Below are positions 34,632-45,048 of a stretch of 64,000 bases of DNA, one piece after another. Positions within the stretch are counted from its first letter, which is position 1. Every line of letters starts with the position of its first letter. Location of the stretch: NCBI GenBank assembly GCA_963695875.1, contig CAVOID010000005.1, positions 96,001-160,000 on the forward strand, read 5' to 3'. Origin of the DNA: an uncultured delta proteobacterium (GTDB taxonomy: Bacteria; Desulfobacterota; Syntrophia; Syntrophales; UBA2185). Both the position numbers and the translations under genes were made by a program. Below the pieces are notes generated by a model. The model was not told the origin of the DNA. It saw only the letters and a list, made by a program, of their open reading frames with translations, and did not search any database.

Positions 34632-36008
34632 ATGGCACACGACAAAAGGATTCTGAAGAACGAAGAGAAAATCGAGGAACTCAAAAAAACGATCCCGGAC
34701 TGGATCAAGAATCTTAAAAGGCCACCGACGCCTATTTTGGCTCCTAAGTTCGGGCCCCTCGAGGGCATCCGGGTCACCAGCACGGGGATCATCGCTGCTC
34801 AACCTTTTATGGCGACAAAGATGGCTGATTTCGGAGCTGAGACCATACATGTCGAGAGGCCCGGCGGAGACCCCTACCGGATCATTCCGCCCCTCATGAC
34901 GAGGGGACCAAGGGCTCATAGCTGTGATGCCGCGGAGATTACCAAGAATAAACTTTCCCTGGGCCTTGACATTAAGTTCAAAAAAGGGATCGAACTCCTC
35001 ATGGCTCTCTGGAAGATATCCGATGTGTGGATGGAATCGTCCGCGCCCGGCACCCTCGAGAGGGCCGGCCTAGCACCCGAGCTTGCCTTGGCGGTGAACC
35101 CCAGACTTGTGATCGTACGGGTCAGCACCTACGGGCAGTACGGCAAGGCCGACTACCTGGGGCGTCCGGGGTACGACGGCCTGGCCCAGGCCTACGGCGG
35201 AATGATGAGCATCACGGGAGACCCAAGCGGTCCCCCCCAGAGGGCAAAAACGTACACCGGCGACATCCTGACCTCACTGACGGGCTGGGCGGCCACGTTG
35301 ATGGCCCTCATGGTCGTCCAGAAGACAGGAAAGGGGCAGGTCATTGACTGTGCCCAGTTCGAAGCCGTTGCCCAGACCCAGGGAAACGTTCTACCTCTTT
35401 ACACCGGACAGGGGGCGACCTATGGGCACACGGGGAACCGGGCTGCGGGGTTCCAACCTTATGATACCTTCAAGTGCAAGGATGGATACGTCTTTATCGG
35501 GGCCTTCGGGGGGGCGATTTACCCCAGGGTGCCCAAGTTCCTGGGCCTCGATCCGGAAGTTTACAATTACAATGAATGCTCGAAGGACGCCGCTGCCGTG
35601 AACTCGGAGAAGGGCAAGGAACTCGACCGCAGGCTTCGGGAATACTGCGCAGCACGAACTGGTCTTGAAGTCGAAACGGAACTCAACAAGGCTCAGATCG
35701 GCTGTTCGAGGATTTTCGGCGCCAAGGACCAGTATGCCGACGAACATTACAACCTCAGGGAAATGATAGTGCCCGTCCTGGATCACCAGTCGGGTATTCC
35801 AATCCGGGTTTACGGCATCGTGCCTAAGATGTCGATGACCCCCGGAAAGGTGTGGAGAGGTGCGCCAGCTATCGGACAGGATACGAAGGACATCCTTTCA
35901 AAGATGATTGGCCTGCCTGACAGTGAGATCAAGACGCTTTTCGCCGAGAAGGTAGTCCACCAGACGGAACCTTTCACAAAGCCGCAGATTGAAGCTGCTA
36001 ATCCCTGA
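34632..36008 (+). CDS. CaiB/BaiF family III CoA-transferase
   Basis: GPLEGIRV, ADFGAE.I.VE.P.GD, NKLSL, RPGYD (catalytic Asp), APAIGQDT. Confidence 0.9.
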   Translation: MAHDKRILKNEEKIEELKKTIPDWIKNLKRPPTPILAPKFGPLEGIRVTSTGIIAAQPFMATKMADFGAETIHVERPGGDPYRIIPPLMTRGPRAHSCDAAEITKNKLSLGLDIKFKKGIELLMALWKISDVWMESSAPGTLERAGLAPELALAVNPRLVIVRVSTYGQYGKADYLGRPGYDGLAQAYGGMMSITGDPSGPPQRAKTYTGDILTSLTGWAATLMALMVVQKTGKGQVIDCAQFEAVAQTQGNVLPLYTGQGATYGHTGNRAAGFQPYDTFKCKDGYVFIGAFGGAIYPRVPKFLGLDPEVYNYNECSKDAAAVNSEKGKELDRRLREYCAARTGLEVETELNKAQIGCSRIFGAKDQYADEHYNLREMIVPVLDHQSGIPIRVYGIVPKMSMTPGKVWRGAPAIGQDTKDILSKMIGLPDSEIKTLFAEKVVHQTEPFTKPQIEAANP

Positions 36009-36117
36009 TTCCTGCATTTCAGGGCGTTCGTCGTTAACTATTGAAACGGCTAATCGGGGTTATGGATCACGGCCCCCATCATAAGGGAAGGTTTGTCTCT
36101 GCCTCAGGAGGGAAAAG

Positions 36118-37056
36118 ATGAGAACCCGCATAACGGAACTTCTGGGAATACGCCATCCGATAGCTCTTGGCGGCATGGCCGGCGTGACGGATGCGAATTT
36201 GGCCGCCGCCGTCAGCGAAGCCGGTGGATTGGGGACGATAGCGGCGGCGAAGGAAAGCGCGTTGAGCCTTAGCGCGGAGATCAGGCGTCTGAAAGATTTA
36301 ACGGAGAGGCCATATGCCGTGAATGTCCCGCTGATGATAACGGCGGCCTCCGATCTGATCGAAGCGATCATTCAGGAAGAGGCTCCCGTCGTCATTACGG
36401 CAGCTGGCAACCCGGCCGCATACACGAAAACCCTCAAAGAAAACGGCATAACCGTTATTCATGTTGTGCCCTGCGTCGATCTGGCAAAGAAAGCGGAAGA
36501 TGCCGGAGTTGATGCGGTGATCGCGGAGGGGTTTGAATCGGGCGGATTTGCATCGCCCTATGAAATCGGGACACTTGCCCTGATTCCCCAGGTTGTAGAT
36601 GCCGTCAGGATTCCCGTTCTCGCCGCGGGCGGAATTGCCGATTCCAGGGGGCTCGCGGCCTGCCTGATTCTCGGTGCGGAAGGTGCAAGCATTGGGACGG
36701 CGTTCCTGGCAACCTGTGAATGCACGCGGATCGGTAAGGCCTGGCGCCAGCAGATTCTGAGCGGTGTTGACACAGCAACGAAGATCGTGGCTCGGGGGTT
36801 AATGCCCGTTCGTTTGCTGGTGAACAGCTCGTCACGGGGACTTGAAGAGATCATCGCGGCGGGCGGATCGAAGAAAGATATTCAGAAGTTTATTTTTAAC
36901 GCGGATTGGATGGGTGAAGACGACGGGCCGTTCCCCTGTGGCCAGGGTCTTGGTCTTATCGATACAGTGCGGACGGTCCGAGAGGTGATCGAAAGTTTTG
37001 TCTCCGGTGCGGAGGATCTTCTAAAGAGAAAAGCACCACAGCTCAAAATATCATAA
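36118..37056 (+). CDS. FabK / nitronate monooxygenase family flavoprotein
   Basis: TRITELLGIRHPI, AVSEAGGLG, AEGFESGG, PVLAAGGIAD. Confidence 0.85.
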   Translation: MRTRITELLGIRHPIALGGMAGVTDANLAAAVSEAGGLGTIAAAKESALSLSAEIRRLKDLTERPYAVNVPLMITAASDLIEAIIQEEAPVVITAAGNPAAYTKTLKENGITVIHVVPCVDLAKKAEDAGVDAVIAEGFESGGFASPYEIGTLALIPQVVDAVRIPVLAAGGIADSRGLAACLILGAEGASIGTAFLATCECTRIGKAWRQQILSGVDTATKIVARGLMPVRLLVNSSSRGLEEIIAAGGSKKDIQKFIFNADWMGEDDGPFPCGQGLGLIDTVRTVREVIESFVSGAEDLLKRKAPQLKIS

Positions 37057-37114
37057 GAAGATCCGGGGGCTGATTCAATTTACACAAGCAGATGCCTAGT
37101 CCCGGATCTGCACA

Positions 37115-37365
37115 TGAGATGGGAAGTTCCGAAGCCGTGAAGGAGGCCATCCTCGCGGGCTTAGGCGTTTCGATCCTTTCCATTTTTGCTATTAAACGGG
37201 AGATATCGCAGGGCCTACTGAGAATTGTCACTGTGAGCGACTGCAGGATGGAGAGGTATTTTTATCTTATCTACAAGAAACAATTCCCTTTGATGAAGTA
37301 CCACAGGCGCTTTTTAGATGTTGTAAAGGGATATTCCCCGCTCGAATGATCCTTCCCCCCGCCTC
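37115..37365 (+). repeat. Duplicated 3' end of the LysR gene (partner 32471-32721)
   Basis: Encodes EMGSSEAVKEA...VKGYSPLE*; the 3' half is essentially identical to the intact gene. Confidence 0.92.
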
Positions 37366-37654
37366 TTAATTCCTTCACAGTTTGACCATTGGTTCAATGA
37401 CCTTAAAAAAGGAACGATATTAAATATATGAGAGTATAGGTTTTTGTTTAAAAGAAGCGAATTACATCAAGAATAATTTTAAGAAAATGCGTATTCTCTG
37501 AAAATTCCCAGTTTTCGTGCAAGAAGAGTGTAACCATCTTTCTGTAATGTTGTTTTCCTAATTCAGACCGCTTATATGACATTTAAATTGGTAATAATCA
37601 AAAAATCGCGGAATTATACCCTAGAATGTGGTACATGTTCTGAGAGCAGGTCAG

Positions 37655-37779
37655 TAAGGGAAACCGGACCGGGTCCTGCGATCATCAGACATATTATAAA
37701 CGCACACGAAGGGCGCATATGGGTAAAAAGCAAAGTAGGCGAGGTGAGCATCTTTACTTTTTGTTTGCCTGCATCATAA
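37655..37779 (+). pseudogene. Histidine kinase C-terminal (HATPase) remnant
   Basis: TGPGPAIIRHIINAHEGRIWVKSKVGEVSIFTFCLP, a degenerate G2 box. Confidence 0.65.
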
Positions 37780-38489
37780 TAACACCAATCTTAATGTACG
37801 GGTGCAGTGCCAGGCATGCTATCAAAGAAGCGAATGATTTTTTGAGTCAGGGCAACTACAAGGCGTCCCTGAGCAAATATGAGCAGATTATTGTACGATA
37901 CCCCAAGGCGAGCGACAGGGTCCTTTTTGAGATGGGTGTTATTTATGCGATTCCCAGGAATCAGCAAAAAGATTATCAGAAATCTCTGGAATGTTTTCAG
38001 AAACTCATAAAGGATTACCCGGAGAGCGAGTACAGGCAGGACAGTGAAGTGATGATATCTCTTATCAATGAGGTCACCAGGAAGACTTCTCTTATCAATG
38101 AGGTTACCAGCACCACACAGCAAAAACAGATTGAGACGCTCGAACAGGAGGTTATGAGCAAGGGTGATAGAATTTTTACACAGCAAAAACAGATTGAGAC
38201 ACTCGAACAGGAGGTTATGAGCAAGGGTGATAGGATTTTTACACAGCAAAAACAGATTGAGACGCTCGAAAAAGAGGTTATGAGCAAGGGTGATAGGATT
38301 TTTACACAGCAAAAACAGATTGAGACGCTCGAAAAAGAGGTTATGAGCAAGGGTGATAGGATTTTTACACAGCAAAAACAGATTGAGACGCTCGAACAGC
38401 AGGTGAAGGATCTCGAAAAGAAAATAGAACAGATAAAAGAAGTCGACATGAATTTAAAAGAAAAGAAAAAATCACTTCCTGAGAAGTAA
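37719..38489 (+). CDS. TPR lipoprotein with tandem 21-aa repeats
   Basis: Lipobox MYGC, TPR helices, 4.5 copies of TQQKQIETLE(Q/K)EVMSKGDRIF. Confidence 0.8.
   Translation: MGKKQSRRGEHLYFLFACIIITPILMYGCSARHAIKEANDFLSQGNYKASLSKYEQIIVRYPKASDRVLFEMGVIYAIPRNQQKDYQKSLECFQKLIKDYPESEYRQDSEVMISLINEVTRKTSLINEVTSTTQQKQIETLEQEVMSKGDRIFTQQKQIETLEQEVMSKGDRIFTQQKQIETLEKEVMSKGDRIFTQQKQIETLEKEVMSKGDRIFTQQKQIETLEQQVKDLEKKIEQIKEVDMNLKEKKKSLPEK
38115..38400 (+). repeat. 63-bp in-frame tandem repeat, ~4.5 copies
   Basis: Units start at 38115, 38178, 38241, 38304 and 38367. Confidence 0.95.
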
Positions 38490-38497
38490 TGAGGTCA

Positions 38498-38611
38498 GTG
38501 ACGGAAAAGCTTTTAATTGTCGATGACGATTTGAGTCTTTTAAGAGTGCTTAAGATGAGATTAGAATCCGAGGGCTATCAGGGTGACGCTGCTTCGGCTT
38601 GTGAAATTTGA
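38498..38611 (+). pseudogene. Response regulator N-terminal remnant
   Basis: GTG start after RBS: MTEKLLIVDDDLSLLRVLKMRLESEGY then early stop. Confidence 0.7.
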
Positions 38612-38678
38612 AGAGGCAAATTTGCCGGTTGATCAGACAACATAACGACTGCCCCTCTTTGTTATGCACGCCATAAAA

Positions 38679-39158
38679 TCACCGCTTTTTCTTTTTTGAG
38701 TCTTTCAATGAGCATACAGTTTTTTGAAATCTGTCTTCAATAGAGCCTGGAACATTATACTGAAGAACTCGATTTGATATATATTGTATCTTTATTACTT
38801 CTCCTTTATTATTATATTCAATTATTTGTAGTATCTTAGTTGTTTTATCTTCACAATTAATTTCATTTAATATTAATGAATACAAATAGTTACGTTCGAC
38901 CGCTATTTGTTCTTTTTTTCTTCTTTTTAACTGTCTCACTCGAGCATCTTCAACATCTGGAACAATTTTTGCCCATACTAAAATAATATTGTTTCGTATA
39001 AAACGCATACTCTCTGCATCATAATACCATGACGCTTCTTTCATTTTCTCGATAGATGTCCAATCTGCACCAAGCACATCTTTTGAAGCGCAGAGTAATA
39101 CAAACAGACTGATGAAAAATACAATATAAGCCTTTGAAAAAGATCTCCGTTTATCCAT
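38679..39158 (-). CDS. Low-GC secreted hypothetical protein (surface-adhesin-E-like pattern)
   Basis: Start MDKRRS after GAGGG; signal peptide then ADW...YYD..S...VW.K...EINC. Confidence 0.6.
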   Translation of the reverse strand: MDKRRSFSKAYIVFFISLFVLLCASKDVLGADWTSIEKMKEASWYYDAESMRFIRNNIILVWAKIVPDVEDARVRQLKRRKKEQIAVERNYLYSLILNEINCEDKTTKILQIIEYNNKGEVIKIQYISNRVLQYNVPGSIEDRFQKTVCSLKDSKKKKR

Positions 39159-39609
39159 TTTGCCCTCTTTAAATAAAAAAAGCCCACAGCATTGGTTATG
39201 TGCTGTAAGACACCTTCCTGACCTCACGGTTTCGGACTCTATGATCAAATTATCCTTTTTTGCAAAATTTTGCAAATTTTAAGCATTCAGGTGCTATCAA
39301 CGACCGCCCTGCCTGAAAGTGTGATTCCTGTATTTCTTCCCTCGATACAATATTTTAAGTGGTAATCAATGTAAGACTAATGTGATTCTCTCCTCGGAAA
39401 TCGATATAATCGGAACTACCCATAACAAATAAGAATAATTAATATAGAATTATAGCTTATCTGAATTTGACATATTCGAGTAAATTTTATAACTATTTCT
39501 CGTCTTTAGACAGACAGTAAACCGGCCCAAAGGAGCATTTCTACGATCACTTTAGGAATATTTTGAAATTTTGGATTCAACGGATAAAAACTAAGGAGGT
39601 ATTTAAGAC

Positions 39610-40119
39610 ATGATGAAGAGGAGATTGTTGGCAATTTTAGTCAGCGCTATTTTTGTTTTCGGATTTGCGCGCGTCAGTTCTGCGGCCTCGGATACCAAAG
39701 AACTCGCCACTGAGAAGAGTGCTGTAACATTTGCGCGGGAAGTGGAAAGAGGCGGTTACAAGATCGTAACAACACAGGAGTTGAAAAGCTGGATTGACCA
39801 GAAAAAAGATATGTTGATTGTTGACACCCAGCCATACGAAGCCAGTTTCAAGAAACAACATATCCCCGGAGCGGCAAATTTGGAACTGCCCAGACCGGAA
39901 ATGACAAAACTCGACGATAAGACTAAATCGGCATTGGAAACTCTCCTTGGACCCGATAAAAACCGCATTATTGTTTTTTACTGCGGGTTTGTAGAATGCA
40001 CCCGGAGCCACAATGGGGCGATGTGGGCCACGAGGCTCGGCTATAAAAACGCTTATCGCCAACCCGGCGGCATCAGGGCCTGGAACGAAGCAGAATATCC
40101 GGTCGAAAAAGTCCAATAA
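39610..40119 (+). CDS. Periplasmic rhodanese-like protein
   Basis: Signal peptide, HIPGA, FYCGFVECTRS, PGGIRAW. Confidence 0.88.
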   Translation: MMKRRLLAILVSAIFVFGFARVSSAASDTKELATEKSAVTFAREVERGGYKIVTTQELKSWIDQKKDMLIVDTQPYEASFKKQHIPGAANLELPRPEMTKLDDKTKSALETLLGPDKNRIIVFYCGFVECTRSHNGAMWATRLGYKNAYRQPGGIRAWNEAEYPVEKVQ

Positions 40120-40126
40120 GAGCGGA

Positions 40127-41183
40127 ATGGAACATTCCCAAAATGTCGAGGCATTTCTCGATGCCTGCACAGACTGTGCAGGATGCGGCTCCTGCGCCGC
40201 ATCCTGCCCCTTTCTCCAGAGGTACGGAACCCCGGATGAAATAATCACCGGTCATCCTCAGGATGTTTTTTTGTGTACAAACTGCGGTGTATGCAGCAGC
40301 AAGTGTGCCTTGGGTCTTTCCCCTGCAGAGGTGCTTTTTCAGACAAAGTGTGATTTGATCAGGACAGGAAACATTCCTGATACAGTCCGGCAAGCGCTGA
40401 GCAAGGCGCGCAGTTTTGCAGACACCGGACATCATTTCCCATTCGCCTATTATTCTACCACGGACACAGTCTTCTGGCCCGGATGCGGCCTTGCCGGGTC
40501 GTATCCAGCCATTGTCAGAAAGATTCCTGGAATCCTTGGTAATCACCTTGGCAGCAGGGTTGGTATAGTGCTTGATTGCTGTTATGACCCTGTATATCAG
40601 TTCGGCGATGTAGATACCGTAAGCATGGCCATGGAAAGCATCCGGGGAAATCTCAAAAGACACAATATCTCCCGTGTAATCACCGGCTGCCCGAACTGCC
40701 AGAAGATTTTCTCACTGTTCCTTAAGGACATAAGGGTCGAACACATTGTGGAAGTCATACCGCGGGATGCATTTACACCTGCACTAAAGAAACAGATGTA
40801 TCTCCATCACCCATGCCCCACTCTCCTGTCAGGCCGTATCAGACAGCAAACAAAAGAATTATTAGACCGGCAAGATCTAGCCATTCCTTGATTCTCAGGA
40901 ATTTTTATGCTGCGGATACGGCGGTGGATTATCCAGCATATCCCCTGCCCTGGCCGATCAATTTATCGACAGGATTATGCACGCATCGGGAGATAAACCG
41001 ATTGTCACATACTGCACCGGCTGTAAGAACCGTTTTATTAAGCGGGGGAAAAGATCATTCCATATCCTCGAATTTCTGCCCGGTATCGAACCGCTCCAAA
41101 AACCGGTCCCGTCGTTTCAACGGTGGATCAACAGATTTGTCTTAGTTCTTGCATTTAGATCATATTTTCGTAAGATATTATGA
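40127..41183 (+). CDS. (Fe-S)-binding CCG-domain protein, one frameshift near 40885
   Basis: CTDCAGCGSCAASCP, CTNCGVCSSKC, WPGC, DCC, GCPNC, HHPC; CCGYGG and YCTGC continue in the shifted frame. Confidence 0.78.
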
Positions 41184-41231
41184 GGAGGTGATTCCTCCAA
41201 ACAAGGATTCAAAAAATAGGACCATCAAGCA

Positions 41232-42188
41232 ATGAACGAATTTGATGCAAGGATTAGGGAAGTATTACCTGAAGGTTTACGAAGCCAGGGAATCAATACA
41301 CTTCAGGTCAATGTCGGTCGTCATTGCAATCTGGCATGCACACACTGTCACCTTGAGTGCTCGCCCGGACGAACAGAAATGATGCCATGGAAGATCATGG
41401 AGAAGATCCTGGGATTGACGGAGCTGAATGCGTTCAGGCTGGTGGATATAACAGGAGGCTCTCCCGAATTGCATCCGGATTTCAGGCGCTTTCTATCAGC
41501 ACTGCGGGACAAAGGACAGATAGTTCAAGTCCGTACGAATCTGACAGCGCTTATGGAACCGTCTGTAAAGGAGATCATCCCATTTCTGAGAGACAAGGAG
41601 ATTCAACTCATCGGTTCGCTGCCCTGTTATATGGAAGAAAATGTCAATGCACAGCGAGGGGCCGATGCTTATCAGAAGAGTATTGCTGTTTTACGCCTCC
41701 TAAATCAGGCTGGCTACGGAATCGCAGATAAACTTCACCTGAACCTTGTCTTTAACCCAGGCGGACCTTTTCTGCCGCCTGATCAATGTGTTCTCGAGGA
41801 TACTTACCGTCAGGAATTGAAGGAACGCTTTGATATATCGTTCAATCGACTGTTGGTGATGACAAATATGCCGTTGGGGCGATTCCGCCGGTATCTCGAA
41901 CAGGAGAGGGAACTGGCAGAATATGTGTCCATGCTCAAAGAATCCTTCAACCCATCGACAATTGACGGATTGATGTGCCTCTACCAGATCAGCATCGACT
42001 GGGATGGGGCCATATACGACTGTGATTTTAATCTGGCCCTCGGCACGACGGTCAATCATAGCGCGCCGAAAAAGATCGAAACCTACGATCATGCTATGCT
42101 GAGCAGGCGGGAGATAGTAACCGATACCCATTGTTTCGGATGCACAGCCGGGTCCGGATCATCATGCGCGGGATCATTGATTATATGA
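41232..42188 (+). CDS. ArsS-like radical SAM protein (Cys form)
   Basis: LQVNVG..CNLACTHCH, DITGGSPE, SLPCY, YDCDFN, HCFGCTAGSGSSC. Confidence 0.88.
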   Translation: MNEFDARIREVLPEGLRSQGINTLQVNVGRHCNLACTHCHLECSPGRTEMMPWKIMEKILGLTELNAFRLVDITGGSPELHPDFRRFLSALRDKGQIVQVRTNLTALMEPSVKEIIPFLRDKEIQLIGSLPCYMEENVNAQRGADAYQKSIAVLRLLNQAGYGIADKLHLNLVFNPGGPFLPPDQCVLEDTYRQELKERFDISFNRLLVMTNMPLGRFRRYLEQERELAEYVSMLKESFNPSTIDGLMCLYQISIDWDGAIYDCDFNLALGTTVNHSAPKKIETYDHAMLSRREIVTDTHCFGCTAGSGSSCAGSLII

Positions 42189-42214
42189 ATGTAAATAGCC
42201 GTGGAAGATCAGCC

Positions 42215-42925
42215 ATGAGATCATGGACAGCTGCCCTGATAATCATTATCACCCTATCGGCTACTCCGGTCTTTGCGGAGAACAAACAGGTCCTTTTTCG
42301 TGAGGATTTTAACAGCCTCTCCACTTGGGAACCTCTCACCTTTCCGAAAATCAAAAAGCACTCAACTTATACCATCGTTACTGATGGGGGCCACTCTTTT
42401 TTGAAGGCGGAAAGTCACGCTTCCGCCTCGGCTATCGTCTATCGAAAAACTTTTAACGTATACGAATATCCGCTGATGAGTTGGAGATGGAAGGTAGATA
42501 ATGTATACAAAAAGGGAGACCCTCACAAAAAATCAGGGGATGATTACCCGATCCGGATATACGTCATATTTCAGTATGATCCGAAACAGGCTGATTTTAC
42601 GGAACAGCTGCAATACGGCATAGCTAAAACGCTCTATGGGAAATACCCGCCCGACAGTACGTTAAACTATGTATGGACGGGCTATCAGACCGATGAACGA
42701 ATTATCACTAATCCTTACACCGACAGGGCAAAGATAATCATCCTTGAGAATGATCGAAACAAGGTGGGAACCTGGGTCGAGGAGAAGGTGAATATCCTGG
42801 ATGACTACAGGACGGCCTTCGGCAAGGAACCACCGGCAACTGCAAGTATCGCTATCATGAACGACTCGGACGATACGGGAGAAATGGCTGTCTCATATGT
42901 TGATTACATCGAGGTGTTCAAATGA
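42215..42925 (+). CDS. DUF3047 family protein
   Basis: Signal peptide, SWRWKV, GDDYPIRIYV, LNYVW, IMNDSDDTG. Confidence 0.85.
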   Translation: MRSWTAALIIIITLSATPVFAENKQVLFREDFNSLSTWEPLTFPKIKKHSTYTIVTDGGHSFLKAESHASASAIVYRKTFNVYEYPLMSWRWKVDNVYKKGDPHKKSGDDYPIRIYVIFQYDPKQADFTEQLQYGIAKTLYGKYPPDSTLNYVWTGYQTDERIITNPYTDRAKIIILENDRNKVGTWVEEKVNILDDYRTAFGKEPPATASIAIMNDSDDTGEMAVSYVDYIEVFK

Positions 42926-43113
42926 AATACCCTTCCTGTGAAATAGCCTCAGTTATTCCCCCTTTATGAAAGGGGAACTGCACAGTTTTTTATGGTTACG
43001 CGCTGGAGCCTGCCCTCGAATGCTTTTATCGGGGGCGGAACAAGTCTCATGCTTTATGGTACCGCCACTGTGAATGAATGTTTCCTGCAAAAACACATTC
43101 AAAGAATCACACT

Positions 43114-44271
43114 ATGGATTTGATTTATTTTGATAACGCCGCTACTTCCTGGCCGAAGCCCGAAGAAACATACACTGCCATGGACCGCTACGGCAGGACG
43201 ATCGGCGGAAGCCCCGGCCGTTCGGGTCACAGGCGATCCATCGAGGCAGGCCGCATTATTCTGGACACGAGAGAGGCCCTTGCCCGGCTGCTTGGAATAG
43301 ATGATGTGTTTCAGCTCGTCTTTACGATGAATGCCACCGAGGCACTGAACCTGGCTATCTTTGGTCTCCTGTCTTCAGGCGACCATGTTATCACGTCGAG
43401 CATGGAACACAACTCGGTGATGAGGCCACTTCGGGCCCTGGAAGAAAGGGGTGTTGAAGTATCGGTCATCATGTGTTCGCCACGGGGAGAACTTGATCCC
43501 CAGGATGTCCTTGACGCCATAAAAAATAACACGAAGGCGATTTACCTGACCCACGCCTCCAATGTAACGGGCACAATCATGCCTATTCGTGAGGTCGGAA
43601 AAATTACCAGGGATCATGGCCTTACTTTTTGTATAGACGCGGCACAGACGGCGGGGGTCCTCACCCTTGATATAGATGAATTGAACATCGACCTCTTAGC
43701 CTTTACAGGCCATAAGTCGCTCTATGGCCCCCAGGGGACGGGAGGACTCTATATCAGAAAGAGTCTGGAGAAAGAAATCCAGCCGCTCATGGTGGGAGGT
43801 ACCGGCAGCCGTTCGGAGTTTGAAACACAGCCGGATTTCATGCCGGATAAATACGAATGCGGCACACCAAATGGCATCGGGCTTGCCGGGTTGGGCGCCG
43901 GTGTGGATTTTATCCTCGCGACAGGTATGAGTAACATACGGGCTAAAGAAAAGACTCTCACGCAACTCTTCCTCGATGGTTTGAAACCTATACAAGGCGT
44001 TACCATTTACGGCCCCGGCGACGCGACACGGCAAATTTCCGTAGTCTCTTTTAATATCGCCGGCGTAATGCCTTCCGAGGCCTCCCTGGCCCTTGATGAG
44101 CAATTCGGTATTATGTCCAGACCGGGACTCCATTGCGCGCCTTCTGCACACAGAACGATAGGCACTTTCCCGGGAGGCACTGTCCGTCTAAGTTTCGGAT
44201 ACTTTAACACCGAGGATGAGGTCGATCATGCCCTTGAGGCGGTGCGTAAATTAAGCCAGCAAGGGCAATGA
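43114..44271 (+). CDS. Class V PLP cysteine desulfurase / selenocysteine lyase family protein
   Basis: YFDNAATSWPKP, EHNSV, DAAQTAG, FTGHK, RPGLHCAP. Confidence 0.92.
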   Translation: MDLIYFDNAATSWPKPEETYTAMDRYGRTIGGSPGRSGHRRSIEAGRIILDTREALARLLGIDDVFQLVFTMNATEALNLAIFGLLSSGDHVITSSMEHNSVMRPLRALEERGVEVSVIMCSPRGELDPQDVLDAIKNNTKAIYLTHASNVTGTIMPIREVGKITRDHGLTFCIDAAQTAGVLTLDIDELNIDLLAFTGHKSLYGPQGTGGLYIRKSLEKEIQPLMVGGTGSRSEFETQPDFMPDKYECGTPNGIGLAGLGAGVDFILATGMSNIRAKEKTLTQLFLDGLKPIQGVTIYGPGDATRQISVVSFNIAGVMPSEASLALDEQFGIMSRPGLHCAPSAHRTIGTFPGGTVRLSFGYFNTEDEVDHALEAVRKLSQQGQ

Positions 44272-44439
44272 AAGAATGATACTCCTCCAGCGGGACAAAT
44301 AATGAACCAAAGCAGGACACGCGTTTTGCCTATCAGATTCAGAGATATATAAAAACTATCTCTATAATTTAATGTTAAAAATCCCCCCATCCCCCCCTTT
44401 CGCAAAGGTGGGGTTAGAGGGGATTTCGGGAGGTGCTTT

Positions 44440-45048
44440 ATGGCAAAAATCATTGATGCGAAAGGTCTGACCTGTCCGGAGCCCGTTATCCTCACCAAGA
44501 AAGCGCTGGAACAGCAGGATGACGTCATCGTTATCGTGGACGATGACATAGCCGTCGGAAACATTAAACGGCTGGGTGCGAAACTGGGACGTGCCATTAG
44601 TATTGAAAAGAAAGAAGGGGGAATTTCCCATATCCATATCTCCGGTAGTGTCGAGGCGGGGAAACAACCGGTTGCAGAAACTGACACCCCTCACTACGAA
44701 AGCTGCGGCCAGAATACCCTCGTAGTCGTCATATCTTCAGACCGGATGGGGCGGGGAGATGATGAATTAGGATATGTCCTTATCAGGAGTTTTATCCACA
44801 CCCTTCTTACTTTAAGCCCGCTCCCGGATACGATTATCTTCTACAACACCGGGGTTAAACTGGCGGCCAGGGATTCTGAGGTTATTGATGATCTGAAACA
44901 ATTAGAGAAGGCGGGCGTGTCCATTCTGGTATGCGGCACGTGCACAAATTACTTCGGCATTTCTAATGCACTCGGTGCAGGGTGCATCTCAAACATGTAC
45001 GACATCGCGAACACCATGGCCGGAGCGGGGAGGTTGATTACACCATGA
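44440..45048 (+). CDS. yedF: Sulfurtransferase-like selenium metabolism protein YedF (TusA plus DsrE domains)
   Basis: DAKGLTCPEPV, MGRGDDELG, FYNTGVKL, CGTC, SNMY. Confidence 0.88.
   Translation: MAKIIDAKGLTCPEPVILTKKALEQQDDVIVIVDDDIAVGNIKRLGAKLGRAISIEKKEGGISHIHISGSVEAGKQPVAETDTPHYESCGQNTLVVVISSDRMGRGDDELGYVLIRSFIHTLLTLSPLPDTIIFYNTGVKLAARDSEVIDDLKQLEKAGVSILVCGTCTNYFGISNALGAGCISNMYDIANTMAGAGRLITP

Noticed and set aside
38115..38400. Regular repeats that could be a CRISPR array
   Set aside because: Head-to-tail 63-bp units with no unique spacers, in frame inside a CDS; no cas genes.
38636..38670. cataac...gttatg mini-palindrome resembling attC
   Set aside because: Only ~14 bp between the cores, too short for a functional attC; at most a relic.
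40889..40891. TGA in the CCG Fe-S gene as possible Sec
   Set aside because: The conserved CCG motif continues in a different frame, so this is a 1-bp indel, and the TGA is not at a Cys position.
44383..44426. ccccccttt...aaagggg palindromes (also ~9402 and ~42957)
   Set aside because: Common intergenic REP/terminator-like repeat family with no sign of a distinct system here.
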